A stretch of DNA of 37,637 bases from contig JASJQH010000052.1 of assembly GCA_040143965.1 (NCBI GenBank), forward strand, positions 1 through 37,637, written 5' to 3'. This DNA comes from Basidiobolus ranarum (Eukaryota). A model generated the notes under the pieces. The model did not search any database. It was not told the DNA's origin and saw nothing but the letters and a program-made list of their open reading frames with translations. Made by a program: the position numbers and the translations under genes. Below, one piece after another: positions 13,657 to 25,748 of this stretch (positions are counted from its first letter, which is position 1; every line of letters starts with the position of its first letter).

Positions 13657-13703
13657 TCGATGTATTCAGATGTATTCGATGTATTCAGATGTATTCGATG
13701 TAT
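13657..13703. repeat. Short tandem repeat (gatgtattc[a])n
   Basis: tcgatgtattcagatgtattcgatgtattcagatgtattcgatgtatt in the CSN3 3' region; about 2.5 copies of a 19-mer. Confidence 0.85.
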
Positions 13704-14087
13704 TTTCATTGATTTGCTTTAGACAGTGTGGTTAAAATATAGTTAAAATGTGGTTAGGATTATGTTTACTAGGACGTTAGATCACTCGATGGGGTTGTTA
13801 GCATTGGTAGTTCTGATGTTAGTAACTGCCCCAACAGATGTGGATATATAATCATGAACAATCAATAGGAAGTAAAATGCCATAATATAATTTAACCATA
13901 TTGTAAATTAGTGATTAGAAAACACGGGGCTCCGAGGTTCTTTAACCCCAAAAAGTCTATGAATTACTCCATACTATTTTTCTATACTTTTTCTGATAGA
14001 TAATAGGCAGACTTCCTGTTGTCTAAAGTTTTGTTGGCTACTTGCTCTTCAACGAGAAAGTTATCTTTTGTTTTACCTGTATTCAAT

Positions 14088-14449
14088 ATGGTCTTCGGTC
14101 GCTTTTCCAGTTATCTTAGAGCTCAAACCCTTAACAACCCTGTCGTTGTCTGGTCCATTGCCTTGGGTTGCTCCAGTATGTATCGATAGCCGGATGCATT
14201 TCATATTTGTTCCCTCTCTTACAAGCGACCATCTTTCTACTTTTAGGTCCCCTAATGGTCATCGTAATTCCAAAGATTAGACGTGATTACTTGGGTATCC
14301 CTCGTGTCCCTGAGGTTCCAACCAGTTACCCTCGTAAGCATAAGATGCAATCAATTTATTGAATTTCCTTTTTCATTAACCAAATTTTCTTGCTCCATAT
14401 AGTTCCAAACCGTGCTCGTATAGCTACCCTTGGTTTTGATGACGAATAA
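14088..14449 (+). CDS. NI9M: NADH:ubiquinone oxidoreductase 9.5 kDa subunit (N19M/NI9M, NDUFA3 counterpart), 3 exons
   Basis: Spliced product MVFGRFSSYLRAQTLNNPVVVWSIALGCSSPLMVIVIPKIRRDYLG..VPTSYPLPNRARIATLGFDDE*. The P-x-S-Y-P-x-P-x-R-x-R...G-[FY]-D-D tail is typical of this subunit. Confidence 0.88.
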
Positions 14450-14947
14450 ACCATTTCTGACGAACTTCACTTTCATTCACACCACCTTTCACGCATCAAC
14501 AACTTATTGTCGAAACATAACGAAATAACAATTAAAGACGGCGGTTTTTTTTCCTACCATTATTATCCAGATTCTTATTTCTACGAAACTATCAACAATA
14601 AGAAAATTATGTCCTCTCTAAACTCGGAAATAAACATTGTTAAATACGAAGGATTCTAATGGTTTTATGTCAGTGAAGTCTCTCTAGGTAAATCTCCCAA
14701 CGAACCCTTCAAGTTACCATTCAATGCTGTTGACATTCATTTGATATATATGGTGGAGGATTCCCATTACGACAATAGATAATTCTCTACATAAGCAATA
14801 AATAGTGTATAATGAAATATTTATTTACGTGTACGTGTGAATGACAAAAGGGAGGGAAAGCAGTTCAAGGATTAGAAGAGCGAAGATTGATTTGGGGATG
14901 ATTTGTTCAAGATATTGTATTTTCGGGTGAATGAAAATATATTGAAT

Positions 14948-15464
14948 TTAAATTCCCATTTCCTCTCTAGTAGGAACACCAAGTTCTTCCTTAATAGCCT
15001 TTAATTCTTCGAGGTATTGCTTGTATTGTCCTTCATTCTCAACCTTTTGCTTAAGTCCTTCAAAGATACGAACTGCGGTAGCAAAGTCGTTAACACGTCT
15101 GGAAGCCTTAAGAGCTGACTCGACGACAGAGGGGGAGGGGACCATATCGTAAGCGAAGCAGTTGTTAAGACCACGTTGAAGTTCGAAAATATCATCGACT
15201 CCATCGAAGAACTTTACGTAACGGTCGGTCAAGGCTTCGAAAGATTCCTCTTCATGGCCAGCAGAGTAGAAGCGAGTGGCTAAGCGATAATAATACGTAA
15301 ATGGTGAGTAAAACCGAAGTTATGCTTACAAAAGTTGGGCTGGAATTTGGTTTTTTGAAAAGCCTAGTTGGAAATTTACCTTGGAACATGCGAACATTTT
15401 GGGAAGAGCGAATAGCAAGGGGAGTGTTGCGAGCAACAGCGACCAAAGAACGAGCACGGAACAT
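14948..15464 (-). CDS. COX6: Cytochrome c oxidase subunit VI (yeast Cox6 / mammalian COX5A), 2 exons
   Basis: Arg-rich mitochondrial presequence, then HEEESFE..DIFELQRGLNNCFAYDMVPSPSVVESALKASRRVNDFATAVRIFEGLKQKVEN. Confidence 0.96.
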
Positions 15465-16088
15465 GATTGATAAGTGAAGGTAACAAAGAGAGACAAACTC
15501 GTCAAATGGATATGTATCTCCACACTAAGTAAGATGCTTAACTCATTGGGGTGCACATTTTTTGCCACAGAACCAGGGGGCTCCCCCGTCACATGGAACT
15601 GGTGGATTTCTTCACAATAGGAAAGAAATAAGGGGATTTGGGGGTCTAAAGCTTTGGTTCGTACAATTAATTTCTACTAATTGGTTCTCTGGTTTGATCA
15701 GTGTTGATGACTTGTTCCCCACATTTATCCCGCACACAGGATATTGAGTAAATTTTGCCAATGGGCCGTTCTGGTCCAAGCAAGAAAATTCATGTGGTTT
15801 GGAGTACGAAGCTAACTCGAATAACAGATGTATAATATCACGTAAAAGTGCCAATAATCATAGAAGTATATGTTTATTTCTTAGAAGTAGTGTAAATGCA
15901 GTTCGGTTTATTGAATTTATTCGTTTGTACACCAAAAGTGCTCACAGAAAAACATGTAAACCGAGAGATTTCAGTAAACGGGTCTGTGAAGAAGGTTGTT
16001 ACCGAAAATACTCGCTGGAGAAGGAATATATTGAAAATACGAACCTTGAGAGGAAAGAACTAAAGGTGAATATAGGGTGGTTTATCGT

Positions 16089-16262
16089 TTATTCGGACTT
16101 TCTTTCGGCCTCGAGTCTAGCGTAGTAAGCATCACGCTTTTTGTTTCCAGCCAAGTGGACATCGTACCAGAAGTAATAACCACAGGCGGCACCAAGGGTA
16201 AGGCCGATGCTAATATCAGTAAGAGCGATTCTCTTAATTTTACCGGTGATAGGAGCGATCAT
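16089..16262 (-). CDS. COX9: Cytochrome c oxidase subunit VIIa (yeast Cox9)
   Basis: MIAPITGKIKR..DISIGLTLGAACGYYFWYDVH..KRDAYYARLE; 57 aa with one transmembrane segment. Confidence 0.92.
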   Translation of the reverse strand: MIAPITGKIKRIALTDISIGLTLGAACGYYFWYDVHLAGNKKRDAYYARLEAERKSE

Positions 16263-16730
16263 TTTTGTCGAGGAAGAAGGAACGTAGTGTGTCAAGGGAA
16301 GGTTCGTCTGAGGTTTATCAAACTAATAACTATCCACTAGCTGAATGTACCCTCCCTCTGTGACACGTGCGTTCACTACCCCCAACCCTTGGCATCAGCC
16401 TTTTAACTGGGGTCCCACCCCATTTCGATAGGGGAATTTTTTTATGGGTCAAAAGCAATGATGATTGATTGTAAATATGAGTCTAGATTTGACCTTTACT
16501 AATGGGGGTGGTATAGGAGGGATCACAAAGAATATTTTAACCCCACTTTGGTGATTCACAAGGTAGTTACGATGTATTACAAATTGGTGGTTTGTTTGTT
16601 TTTATAATGCTTGAGGTATTCCACACTGGACAGAACATACACAAATAAGCCGTCACATAATGTGAATGAAGATTGATACAATAGTATGGGCTAGATGCAC
16701 GACATGTGACGACAGACCGGGGTAAGCAAT

Positions 16731-18237
16731 CTATGTCTTGCTCTCTTTTGCTCTCCGGAAGGCCTCTTGCGCCCACCCTTGCATGTCAACCTCAGTATCT
16801 TCGTACTTCTGTAACCAGGGATGAGCCTAAAATACGCATGTTTAGTCATTGAAGTGTGTGATACAGTTCTATCAGTGATAGCATACCAGGATATCTGAGT
16901 ATTTGGGTCGGGTATTGGGATCTTTAACAAGGCTAAAGGACAGGTAAGCATTGATGACGCAAGAAGAGACGTAGATGCTACTTACCACTTGGCAACAAAG
17001 TCTCTGCATTCGTCGGAGAAACGCTCCTCAGGCAGAGGAAGGGGTTGACCCATAACAATGGCATTCAACTTGGCAAATACGCTGTCATATTGCTCAGAAG
17101 GATACGGGTATGTGCCAAGGGCGAGTTCCAATATAGTTAAGCCCAGAGACCAAACATCCGATTGCACTGTATATGAATCAGTAGTACCAGAGGTAATTCT
17201 CTCGGGCTACCGGTGAGAAGAAGTCAGTTTGATTCACTGCTGTGAAAGGGGGTCTACTGTGAAATGCACTTACAGCCATGTAGCTTTGACAGCCAATGTG
17301 TGTCTTTGCTAGAGATTGGTCAAGTTGGCCAGAAACACCGAAATCGCACAGTTTTACCTCTCCTTTGGAATTGACTAGAATATTGGTGGGCTTGATATCT
17401 TCATAACACGGAATAGGCACGTAATGGATACAGGATAGAAGGGCCATTAAATAATTACTTCATAAATCATGTATAAATCAAAAAATTTACCTCTGTGAAT
17501 GATCGAAAGCTTGTCTTTCAAAAACTTTAAACCCTTCACAATCTTGAAACGGTATCATTAGGAAAAGCTCGGGATAAACTCACAAAGCTCTACATACCGA
17601 AAGGGTGATTTTGGCCAGAACGTCTTCAGGAATCCCGTCGTGATAAAGTTTATCCAACGAACCACAATCCATATATTCCATACAGTAATATACGCACGAC
17701 TCAATGAAAAAGGCGCCATAAAAGTCAACGATATATTTAGATTGAGACTTGTGAAGTACATCGAGTTCCATGAGAATCTGCTTAAGTTTAGCTTGTTCTA
17801 GCTCCAGGCGAATCTCCTGATTAAGAAAACAAGTTGAGAAGCAAAGCAACCACACAATAGCATCTCATTAATCATTACCTTCATAGCCATTTTTACATTG
17901 GTTGGCTTATGGAAAACACGCTGTACGACACCATATTGTCCTTTACCAAGTTCTTCCTCCAATACTAATTCATCTATGTTGATCTTGTAACTGTTGCCGT
18001 TCTTAAAATCTACTCCTTGGGAGTGAAGTACAGCTTTTCCGTTAAAATTTAGTTTACCAGAAGGGTCACTATTGAGTAAATAAAAATAAACAGGATGATA
18101 ATATTGAGTCTACTATAGGTACATAATGCTTACACAAATTTAGAAAAATTGGCAAAAGGAGAATCGGCGGGCGGCAATACTGGGAGACCGCTCACACCTT
18201 TACTCAACATGCCCAGGTTCAATTTAGGATGCTTCAT
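16731..18237 (-). CDS. PBS2: MAP kinase kinase of the HOG pathway (Pbs2/Wis1 type), multi-exon
   Basis: [72 protein letters not shown], activation loop [18 protein letters not shown], last exon AHPWL..VDMQGWA..SKT*. Confidence 0.93.
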
Positions 18238-18625
18238 GGAGCTTTCAAATAGAAATTCGTATCAGCAGTATACTTTAAATGGAGTGTAGATGACCAGACT
18301 AAAATGTACATTCTAACTCAGGTGTATGTCAAGAAAGTACCTTTTCAGTGAAGGGAATAAAGAACGTAATTGGAAATAGATCACAAAATAAACAGGATGT
18401 CGCGATGTGTAGACGATAGTAGCTCACCTCTTGACGTATAGACGAATAAGGTGTAGTTGGCCAGAGGAATCAATAATATCAAGTGGGCTGACTTTGAAAC
18501 ACGGGTTTGGACAGGGAGAAATGCGAAACTTGGGTACTACTATGAATTAGATCGTCTATCCAATGGCCACCTCATGATATTATCGCGTTTAAGGAGCTAA
18601 TATTAGCCGAATTTTTCTTGATGGT

Positions 18626-18639
18626 TTAGGGTTAGGGTT
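18626..18639 (+). promoter_or_regulatory. Interstitial telomere-like TTAGGG x2 (telobox) in a divergent promoter
   Basis: ttagggttagggtt between the PBS2 and phosphatase starts. Similar motifs occur at 965-998, 6221-6286 and 11382-11391. Confidence 0.45.
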
Positions 18640-18833
18640 TGATTAGTTATCTGGTTAGAGTTTCGTTTAGATTGGACTTGATTAAGCTTTTCTGATATCA
18701 ATAAACTCACTTTTTTCAGTGATACATTAGCTAATCCCTAAATTTTCGTAAACTATCAATCTTTGCCTTTTCAGCTGGAAATAGAATATTTACTTATATC
18801 CTTGCAACACTGTTGAATTCCGTTTCAAAAGTG

Positions 18834-20646
18834 ATGTCAAATCAAGGTGGTTACCGCGGACGAGGAAATTATGGAGGGAAGCCTCACAGATCTAAACTTG
18901 ATGTGGAAGTATGTTACTTTTGCATTCACGCTAAACTCTTTCATCCACTAAACCCAACTTGTATTTAGATTTTGTACAGTCTCTCAACAAGTTTACACTA
19001 TTTGATGGAAGAAGATGATAAACAATCCGTTGTAGAGGATGGTACCAAGAAAGATACAGCTGAGACTGGTTGGTTCAAATTGTTTTTTCTTTCTAAAAAT
19101 CAACTGATTTTACAACTATTTCTCTAGCTTCCAAAGCCAAGTATATTTTGAATCCCGGTTGCAACGTTTCTCCTGCTGAATGGAAACCCATTTTGAGCAT
19201 GAAGTCTGTCTTGACCCCCAACTCTGTCGATGAGCCTGAATCTGTGCGTTTAACGACGCGTGAAATATTCCCCATCCCAGGTTTATCGTTTGTTTTGGAG
19301 GAGACCTACGAACTTCAGGGATCTTATCCACGCTCACTTTTTGTCGTTATGCAGCAAAATGCTATTCGTCACAGCTTTATCTTTGATTTCCCGGACCATC
19401 CTTGGTTTCATGATTTATTTGGACTCAGAAAGGTATATTTCTAATATTTTTCAAGTGGTTTGTATTTCACACATAATAACGCAAATATAGAGCACATATA
19501 TCACTTTGAAGGAGCTTAATTCGGATGAGGAATGGCAGATGCATTTGAAGCCTTCACGCGACAGATCGTATGTTTATACGCTCATAAGCTTGGTAGTATA
19601 TTGACTTTTCTAACACATGTTACTTCTTATCAGAAACATATTCGGGTATATGATCAAGCATTCTGACTTGCAAAGGATAGTCCGCGAGCAGCAAGGGAAT
19701 ATGCTTAAATGTCGAAAGTTACCTTTAGTCCTGGATCTCGACGACACGTTGGTCCGTTTGGTTGGAAACGAGCCTGGTAGATATGTTCCAGAAGAGCAAG
19801 CAGTTCAAGGTAAGCATGGTTAGATTAGTGAGTCTTGTTACTAGACTACTAACATGCTAGTGTATCAGTCCAACACCGAGTCCGTGAATTGCGTGATGGG
19901 CGCAAAGTGGTCCTGACCGAGCATGTCCACGAGTTTTTAGATTGGGCGCAGAAGTATTTCGAGATATCCGTCTGTTCTTTGGGGTAAATCATCACATTCT
20001 ACTTAAATTATCGGCTTTTCCATTGACGCGTCTTTAATCCCATATAGTGACCAGAACTATGTAGACATGGTAAGTCAGCATGTTGATTCTATGTGATAAT
20101 ATATACTTACTAATGTGCTGAATGAAGGTTGCTGCTGTGCTGGATCCTGAACGCACCCGGATTCGAGGAATTTTATATTCTGCCCGTCAGGAGTATGAAT
20201 TCATTGCCAAGTCCAACTATCCCCGTCGCCCTCCCAAGGATCTATTTGCTTTGTATGCATTTTGTGCAGTTTCTGATCAGAGCTTACTTGGCTCTTCGTT
20301 CTCCCTTCCATTAATTATTGACGATCTTACACACATGTGGCCTAAAGAACAACATGACAATATTATTGTGGTCAAAGAGCAGCGGAATGCCCCAGTCTGG
20401 ACAGTAGCACTGTTTCCAGTTGTACAAAATGTTCTATACAGTGTATATTGTGAATTTTTCCGTCAATTAGATTTGTACAATCAAGGTCACATAACGACTC
20501 CCCCATCCGCCGTTACCTGTTACAAAGAATACCTTCGCTCGTCTCTCAGGGACCAAATATCGGCTGCTGCTGCACCGGTACCGGCACCAGCTCCAGCATC
20601 AACATCAGCTCCAGCTCCAGCTTCTGCACCCGCACCCGCCAGCTGA
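18834..20646 (+). CDS. FCP1/SCP (NIF) family HAD phosphatase-like protein, no BRCT domain, multi-exon
   Basis: RKLPLVLDLDDTLV (DxDxT motif), HVHEFLDWAQKYFEISVCSLG/DQNYVDM/VAAVLDP, LIIDDLTHMW; 22-nt micro-exon near 20048-20069; Ala/Pro-rich tail. Confidence 0.78.
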
Positions 20647-20971
20647 TGGGCTTCGTTTTCTTACTTAATAAATAAAATAGTATCAATAGTGTAATAAATT
20701 GTGGCCATCTTAAACCACACCGTTATTTTTGGCAGCTTGTCTCTCAAATATTACTAAATCGGCTTTCATTTTCTTCAAGATAGGTTTGGTTTTCGACGCA
20801 CATTTGATCGAATCGCTCAACAAATCAAAAATTCCAGTGACTAAGAATTTCATATGGGAAGAGATGAGAAGGTGGTACACGCATCTCCCTAGAGTTATCA
20901 ATCTTATCTCTATTAGCATTATTTGATTATGTTATTTGAGGCACTCTCTTAACGAACAATAAAATTCCACC

Positions 20972-22645
20972 ATGCTTGACTCCATATTAAATTTTGGACG
21001 TCGACACAGACGAGGTTTCTTTGTAACTGCTGGTTTCATTGGAAGTTTTTATTTTTTGGGTCAATATGCTAAGCGTAAGATAATCGAATTACAAGAAAAA
21101 ACTACCCGAAACAACGTAGCTAAAGAAAAGTAAGGGTTTACTTACCTTTATTTTTCTTCTATTTACTCATATGTTTAACTTTATTGTAAAGTTTGAAGAG
21201 AAGATTTGAACAAAATCAACGAGACTGTCTTATGACGGTGTTATCTTTGTTACCTACTCTCGGTGAACAACTTATGTCCGAAGTGATCGTCGAAGGTTTA
21301 ATAGCAAAGCTTCAACAAACACGAAACACCCAAGTTACACCAAAAGCTACTGATTCCACTGAGGAAGACCAAGTTGACCCTCCCGTTTTAGAAGCACCCA
21401 TGGATCGACAAACTAAACTCCAACTGTGGGAAGAGTTGAAGATAGCAAGTAAGTATATCCTCGAATGTGTTTGAGAAATACCACATATCACGCGATATCA
21501 TTAGTATTAGCATTTATACTAACTGTATGTTGATGAAATTTAGGTTTTACCCGAACTATCGCATCCATCTATCTCACTGTATTGTTGAATATCTTTGTTC
21601 ACATTCAACTTAATCTACTTGGTCGATTTATCTACATTGATTCGGTTTTATCGTTTTCGGAGAAGGATAGAGAAGGATCGTTCAGATTGGAGCCCTCAAC
21701 GGATGAAACTCGTCGTCTCTCTAGGGAAGTTGAACGAAAGTATCTTACTTACAGTTGGTGGTTATTACATGTAGGTTGGAAGCGTTGTGTAGAGAATGTT
21801 CGAGTTGCGGTTGAAGAGGTTCTCGGAGAGTAAGTAGTAAATACTAATGAGTTCAATTGGTTCTTGGGTACTAAGTAAGATTCCATTAGTGTACCACTCA
21901 AGAAACCCCTGAATATCCATGATGTGGTTCACATTATCCAAGAAATTCGTGCTCGAGTGGAATTTTCTGACCTTCTAACTCCTACAAAGTATATTCATTT
22001 CATTTCATTCCATGATTTGATTGGATGCTCTTAATCTAACCCACTTTCTACTGTAGTATGCGGGACTTCTTATTGCCTGATGATATTGAGGGGGAACTTC
22101 AAGTACTGAAGGAAGGTAATGGATCGGAGGAACCACACATAGAACCTGATTTAAGGATGCTATTAGATGAAAGTAAAGACTTCTTGGATAGGTAGATATT
22201 CCACTTACACTAACATAAGTACTACTATATGGTGCTTCTTTAATGCATGGTTTACTTAATTTCATTCAAGCCCGGATTTTATTGTAGTACGTCAATCCTG
22301 CTTAGATGAAGCATTCTCATTTCTCAATTACAACATGCGTGGAGCTTTTCTTTCCAAGGGCGGGAATGTCCGTACCACTGCTAAACTCTATGAGTTAAAT
22401 TCTCCTGAAGATCCAGCTACGGACTCTTCCATATCTCTGGCAGCATTACTTCCAGTCATTAGTAAGCAGGTTCATAACATCATCAATGGGGTCCCCAATG
22501 AATATGTCGAGGTGAGTACATTTCTAAAGTAGTCAGTATCAGTAACTCACTAATGTCTTTCTTGGATTAGATCTTATGCTCGGTGAAGGAGCTTCAGAGT
22601 TATTCAGCTATTATTTATTCCACATTCAATTTAGATGATCAATAA
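20972..22645 (+). CDS. PEX3: Peroxin-3, multi-exon
   Basis: N-terminal RRHRR plus TM segment, AKEN/LKRRFEQNQRDC..TVLSLLPTL, KLQLWEELKI, HIQLNLLGRFIY, YLTYSWWLLHVGW, C-terminal ELQSYSAIIYS. Confidence 0.94.
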
Positions 22646-22879
22646 TAAAGCTATATTCACATATTATTAACTTGAATCTTCTACATCAAAAAATTCATTG
22701 ACCACATTAACAATATTGGTGAAGATAAACTAGGTAACGGTAACCAGAACAACCATAGTATAGGAATAAATACAACTCATCCAACTATTTACAGAACAAG
22801 ATATAGGAACATAGCAGATGAAACATCGAACTAATAATAAACCAAAATGTGGAAAAGTGAGTTTCTCGATGACTATGAA

Positions 22880-25375
22880 TTAATTGGATGCGGTAGAGTC
22901 AACTTTGCTGGCTTTTCCTCGGACGGCCTGGAGTCCTTCTTTAGCGGACTGGCATTCTTCTTTAGCCAGTGCTTCTAAGTCCGATAGACTGTTCTCGACG
23001 TGTGACTTGAATGAGATCAACTCCTCAAGAATCTTCAGAATTTCTCTACCTGCCTCTTCTTTCTTCTCATTACATCTTAGTACCAACTGGTCGTATCTGT
23101 AAGTAGATGAGACGGGTGATTAGAATCTGAAAGGGTACATAAAGATAGATCTACGCAAAATACTAACTCAATTTGAATCTTTTGAACGCGCTGTTGTGAG
23201 CCGAGTAGTCCGGTATTACCTTCGACTCGCATGCGTTGTAACTCTTGTTCCAAGCTATCCATCTCCGTGTTACTTGCGGTGTTTTCTCTATTTGCTGCCT
23301 AAGAGACGTATTCTCGGGTTAATTCGATGCGAGGTGTATACAAATATATGAAACGATGTACGGTACCTCTTTCTCGTCTTGATATTGGGTTACTAGTTTT
23401 TGAATTCGATTTTCCATCGATCTATGCTCTTCAATCTTATCTCCGACTATTTCAGTCAATCGATCCAGATTTTCCTGAAGGACAATGGCTTCATCCTCAG
23501 TATGATGGAGTGAGCTATTAAGGTTGCTCCGTAGTTCCATCAAAGCAGGCTATAATGAGTAATATCGTAAGTTGGATCGAACAAGTAAGCCGTGGTATTG
23601 TTATACTATCTTATACTTACTCTAATCACGTTCTTGATATCTACAGAAACCATGTCTTCTACTCTGGTGGCATGCTGGTTAAGTTTGATATCGAATTCGA
23701 TCCCATTAGCGTAAGGGGATTCGCTGGGTATAAGGCCAAGTTTGTAAGCAAATGAATTGAATTCCTGAATCACTCTTTCGACCTATTTGAATAACAAACT
23801 AAAGGTTAGAACGAACTAAAGATGAATAAATCAGTTCGGAATGAATGACATACGTCGTCCAGTTTCTTTTGTGTTTCAATTTCCTTCTCCCAAGAAGTCT
23901 TATTGATCTCTTCTAGTCGCATATTGGCTGTGTTAACATTCTTACTCAGTTGATTGCGTTCAGCGTTCATTCGCTCCACATCAGTCATGGAAATCTCCTG
24001 TTCGTCTACTTGTTTCTGAAGGGTAGCCTTCTCTTCTTCTAATTGGGCAAACTCTTGCTCCTTAGAGTGAACTTCTCCATCTAATGTCACATTGGCCTCC
24101 TTGATTTTCTCCTTCTTGCTCTGGAGATGATTGAGATATTCAGTAAACTTCTCCGTATCCGATTTAAGGATATCATGCTCCTTCTGAGCAGCTATGAGCG
24201 GAGACTAAAGATTGGAGTAAGTCACGAGACCAACAACAAAAGTTAACAAATGGCAACACTCACCTCTACAGAGACATAACCTTCATGTTCTGCCTTTAGC
24301 TGGTCAATTTCTTTGTTGAGTCTGGAAATCTCGGTCTCGACGTTCTCCAGCTTTTGTTCTGTCATAATTCACGAAATATTAGACCATAAAATAGAGAAAC
24401 AACTAATATGCAAACATCACATACCAAAATGAATGGTAAGATCATGCTCCATATCTTCGTAATTATCATCTCCGCTTAAGAAGGCGATGTAAGATTTGGA
24501 AATATATTTGAAGAACATCTCATCCTGGAATGTGGGTTCATTTCCGGGCTGTCCATCAAAATCTGAAGTATGGTTTAGTTTGTCAACGCACTAGTAAGAA
24601 TCGATCAGTATGAGGTAGAGGATATAAGTATACAAGAGTAGATATGTACAATGATTAGATCCACAATCCATTGGAGCATTCCGAGGAGATTGGGCCATGA
24701 ATGCATGGAGCCCACAGCATATAATTGAGATTTACTGATTTGATCTGCAAATGGGTATCTATAGTAAAGATAATTTGAGATTAGATGGTACAGAGCATAT
24801 AAACATGGTGATAGTGTCATCTTACTTTAATCCCTTGAGTAGTCCGGGGACCTCTTCTTCGAACTTCTTCTGATACACATATCGAGGGTCCAACTTGGCG
24901 TAAAGGAATTTAAAGATGCTTTGGAAATCTTTGGAAGTGGGTGTTTGTAATGTTTTGGTGGAAATAGGTTGATTGTACCCAGTCTCAATCAAAAATTCGG
25001 TTATGGCCCGAATGGTATCGTGTTGCCATCCTTTATCACGTAAAGGACGTGGGTCTTTGGAGACTCCGGAGCCTCCATTTGGAGCTATTGAGCTTCTTAC
25101 ACTTGAGCGTCTATAACCGCCGGGTAATTCACATAATTATTAGTAACTGGAGGATATGAATCGAGTAACATAGTCACAAACCTTATACCAGCAGAGCCTC
25201 CAACACTCTGTCTATTATTACTGGCTGCTGCTCCTCCAGTTGAAAGACGAAAATCCGAAAGACGTAGTGGTGGACCGGATATACCAGTACTAGCTAGAGA
25301 AAGTCGAGAAGCTGAACGATTTGTCCCAGATGGAGTCTGAAATCCTGAGCCGCCAAGAGAATATTGTCTGTTCAT
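22880..25375 (-). CDS. NDC80: Kinetochore protein Ndc80/Hec1, multi-exon
   Basis: KDPRPLRDKGWQ, LQTPTSKDFQSIFKFLY..LDP, YPFADQISKSQLYAVGSMHSWPNLLGMLQWIV (CH domain), then a long coiled coil including QEISMTDVERMNAER. Confidence 0.94.
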
Positions 25376-25748
25376 CTGTATAGTTTCGACAAGTAGTTCA
25401 ACGAAGAATAAAATGTTGCTAAAGTCTTTGTAAATTCCATGTTATTGATTGAATCAAGGTTGTTTTGATCACCAAGTGGAGCAATTGATTGGTTGGTTTT
25501 TTTCAGTAAACAAAACTGTGGCTGATCATGTTATTCCTATGAAATAGAAAAACCATATATATCATTCATTGCCCATCACCCCACTCAAATTATCAGCTTT
25601 AATTATCGGCATTCAGAAGTGAACCAGTTTTACAATGCAGTTGAATTTGTTGGGTTTATTGGATATTTACAAATTCGATGACAAAGATGAAAATATGAGC
25701 AAATGTACTGTCTCTTGATTGAATGGTACACGATGAATTATAAAGAAT

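Noticed and set aside
15799-16125. 108-aa ORF between COX6 and COX9
   Set aside because: Antisense to the COX9 3' region, non-ATG start, no recognisable features.
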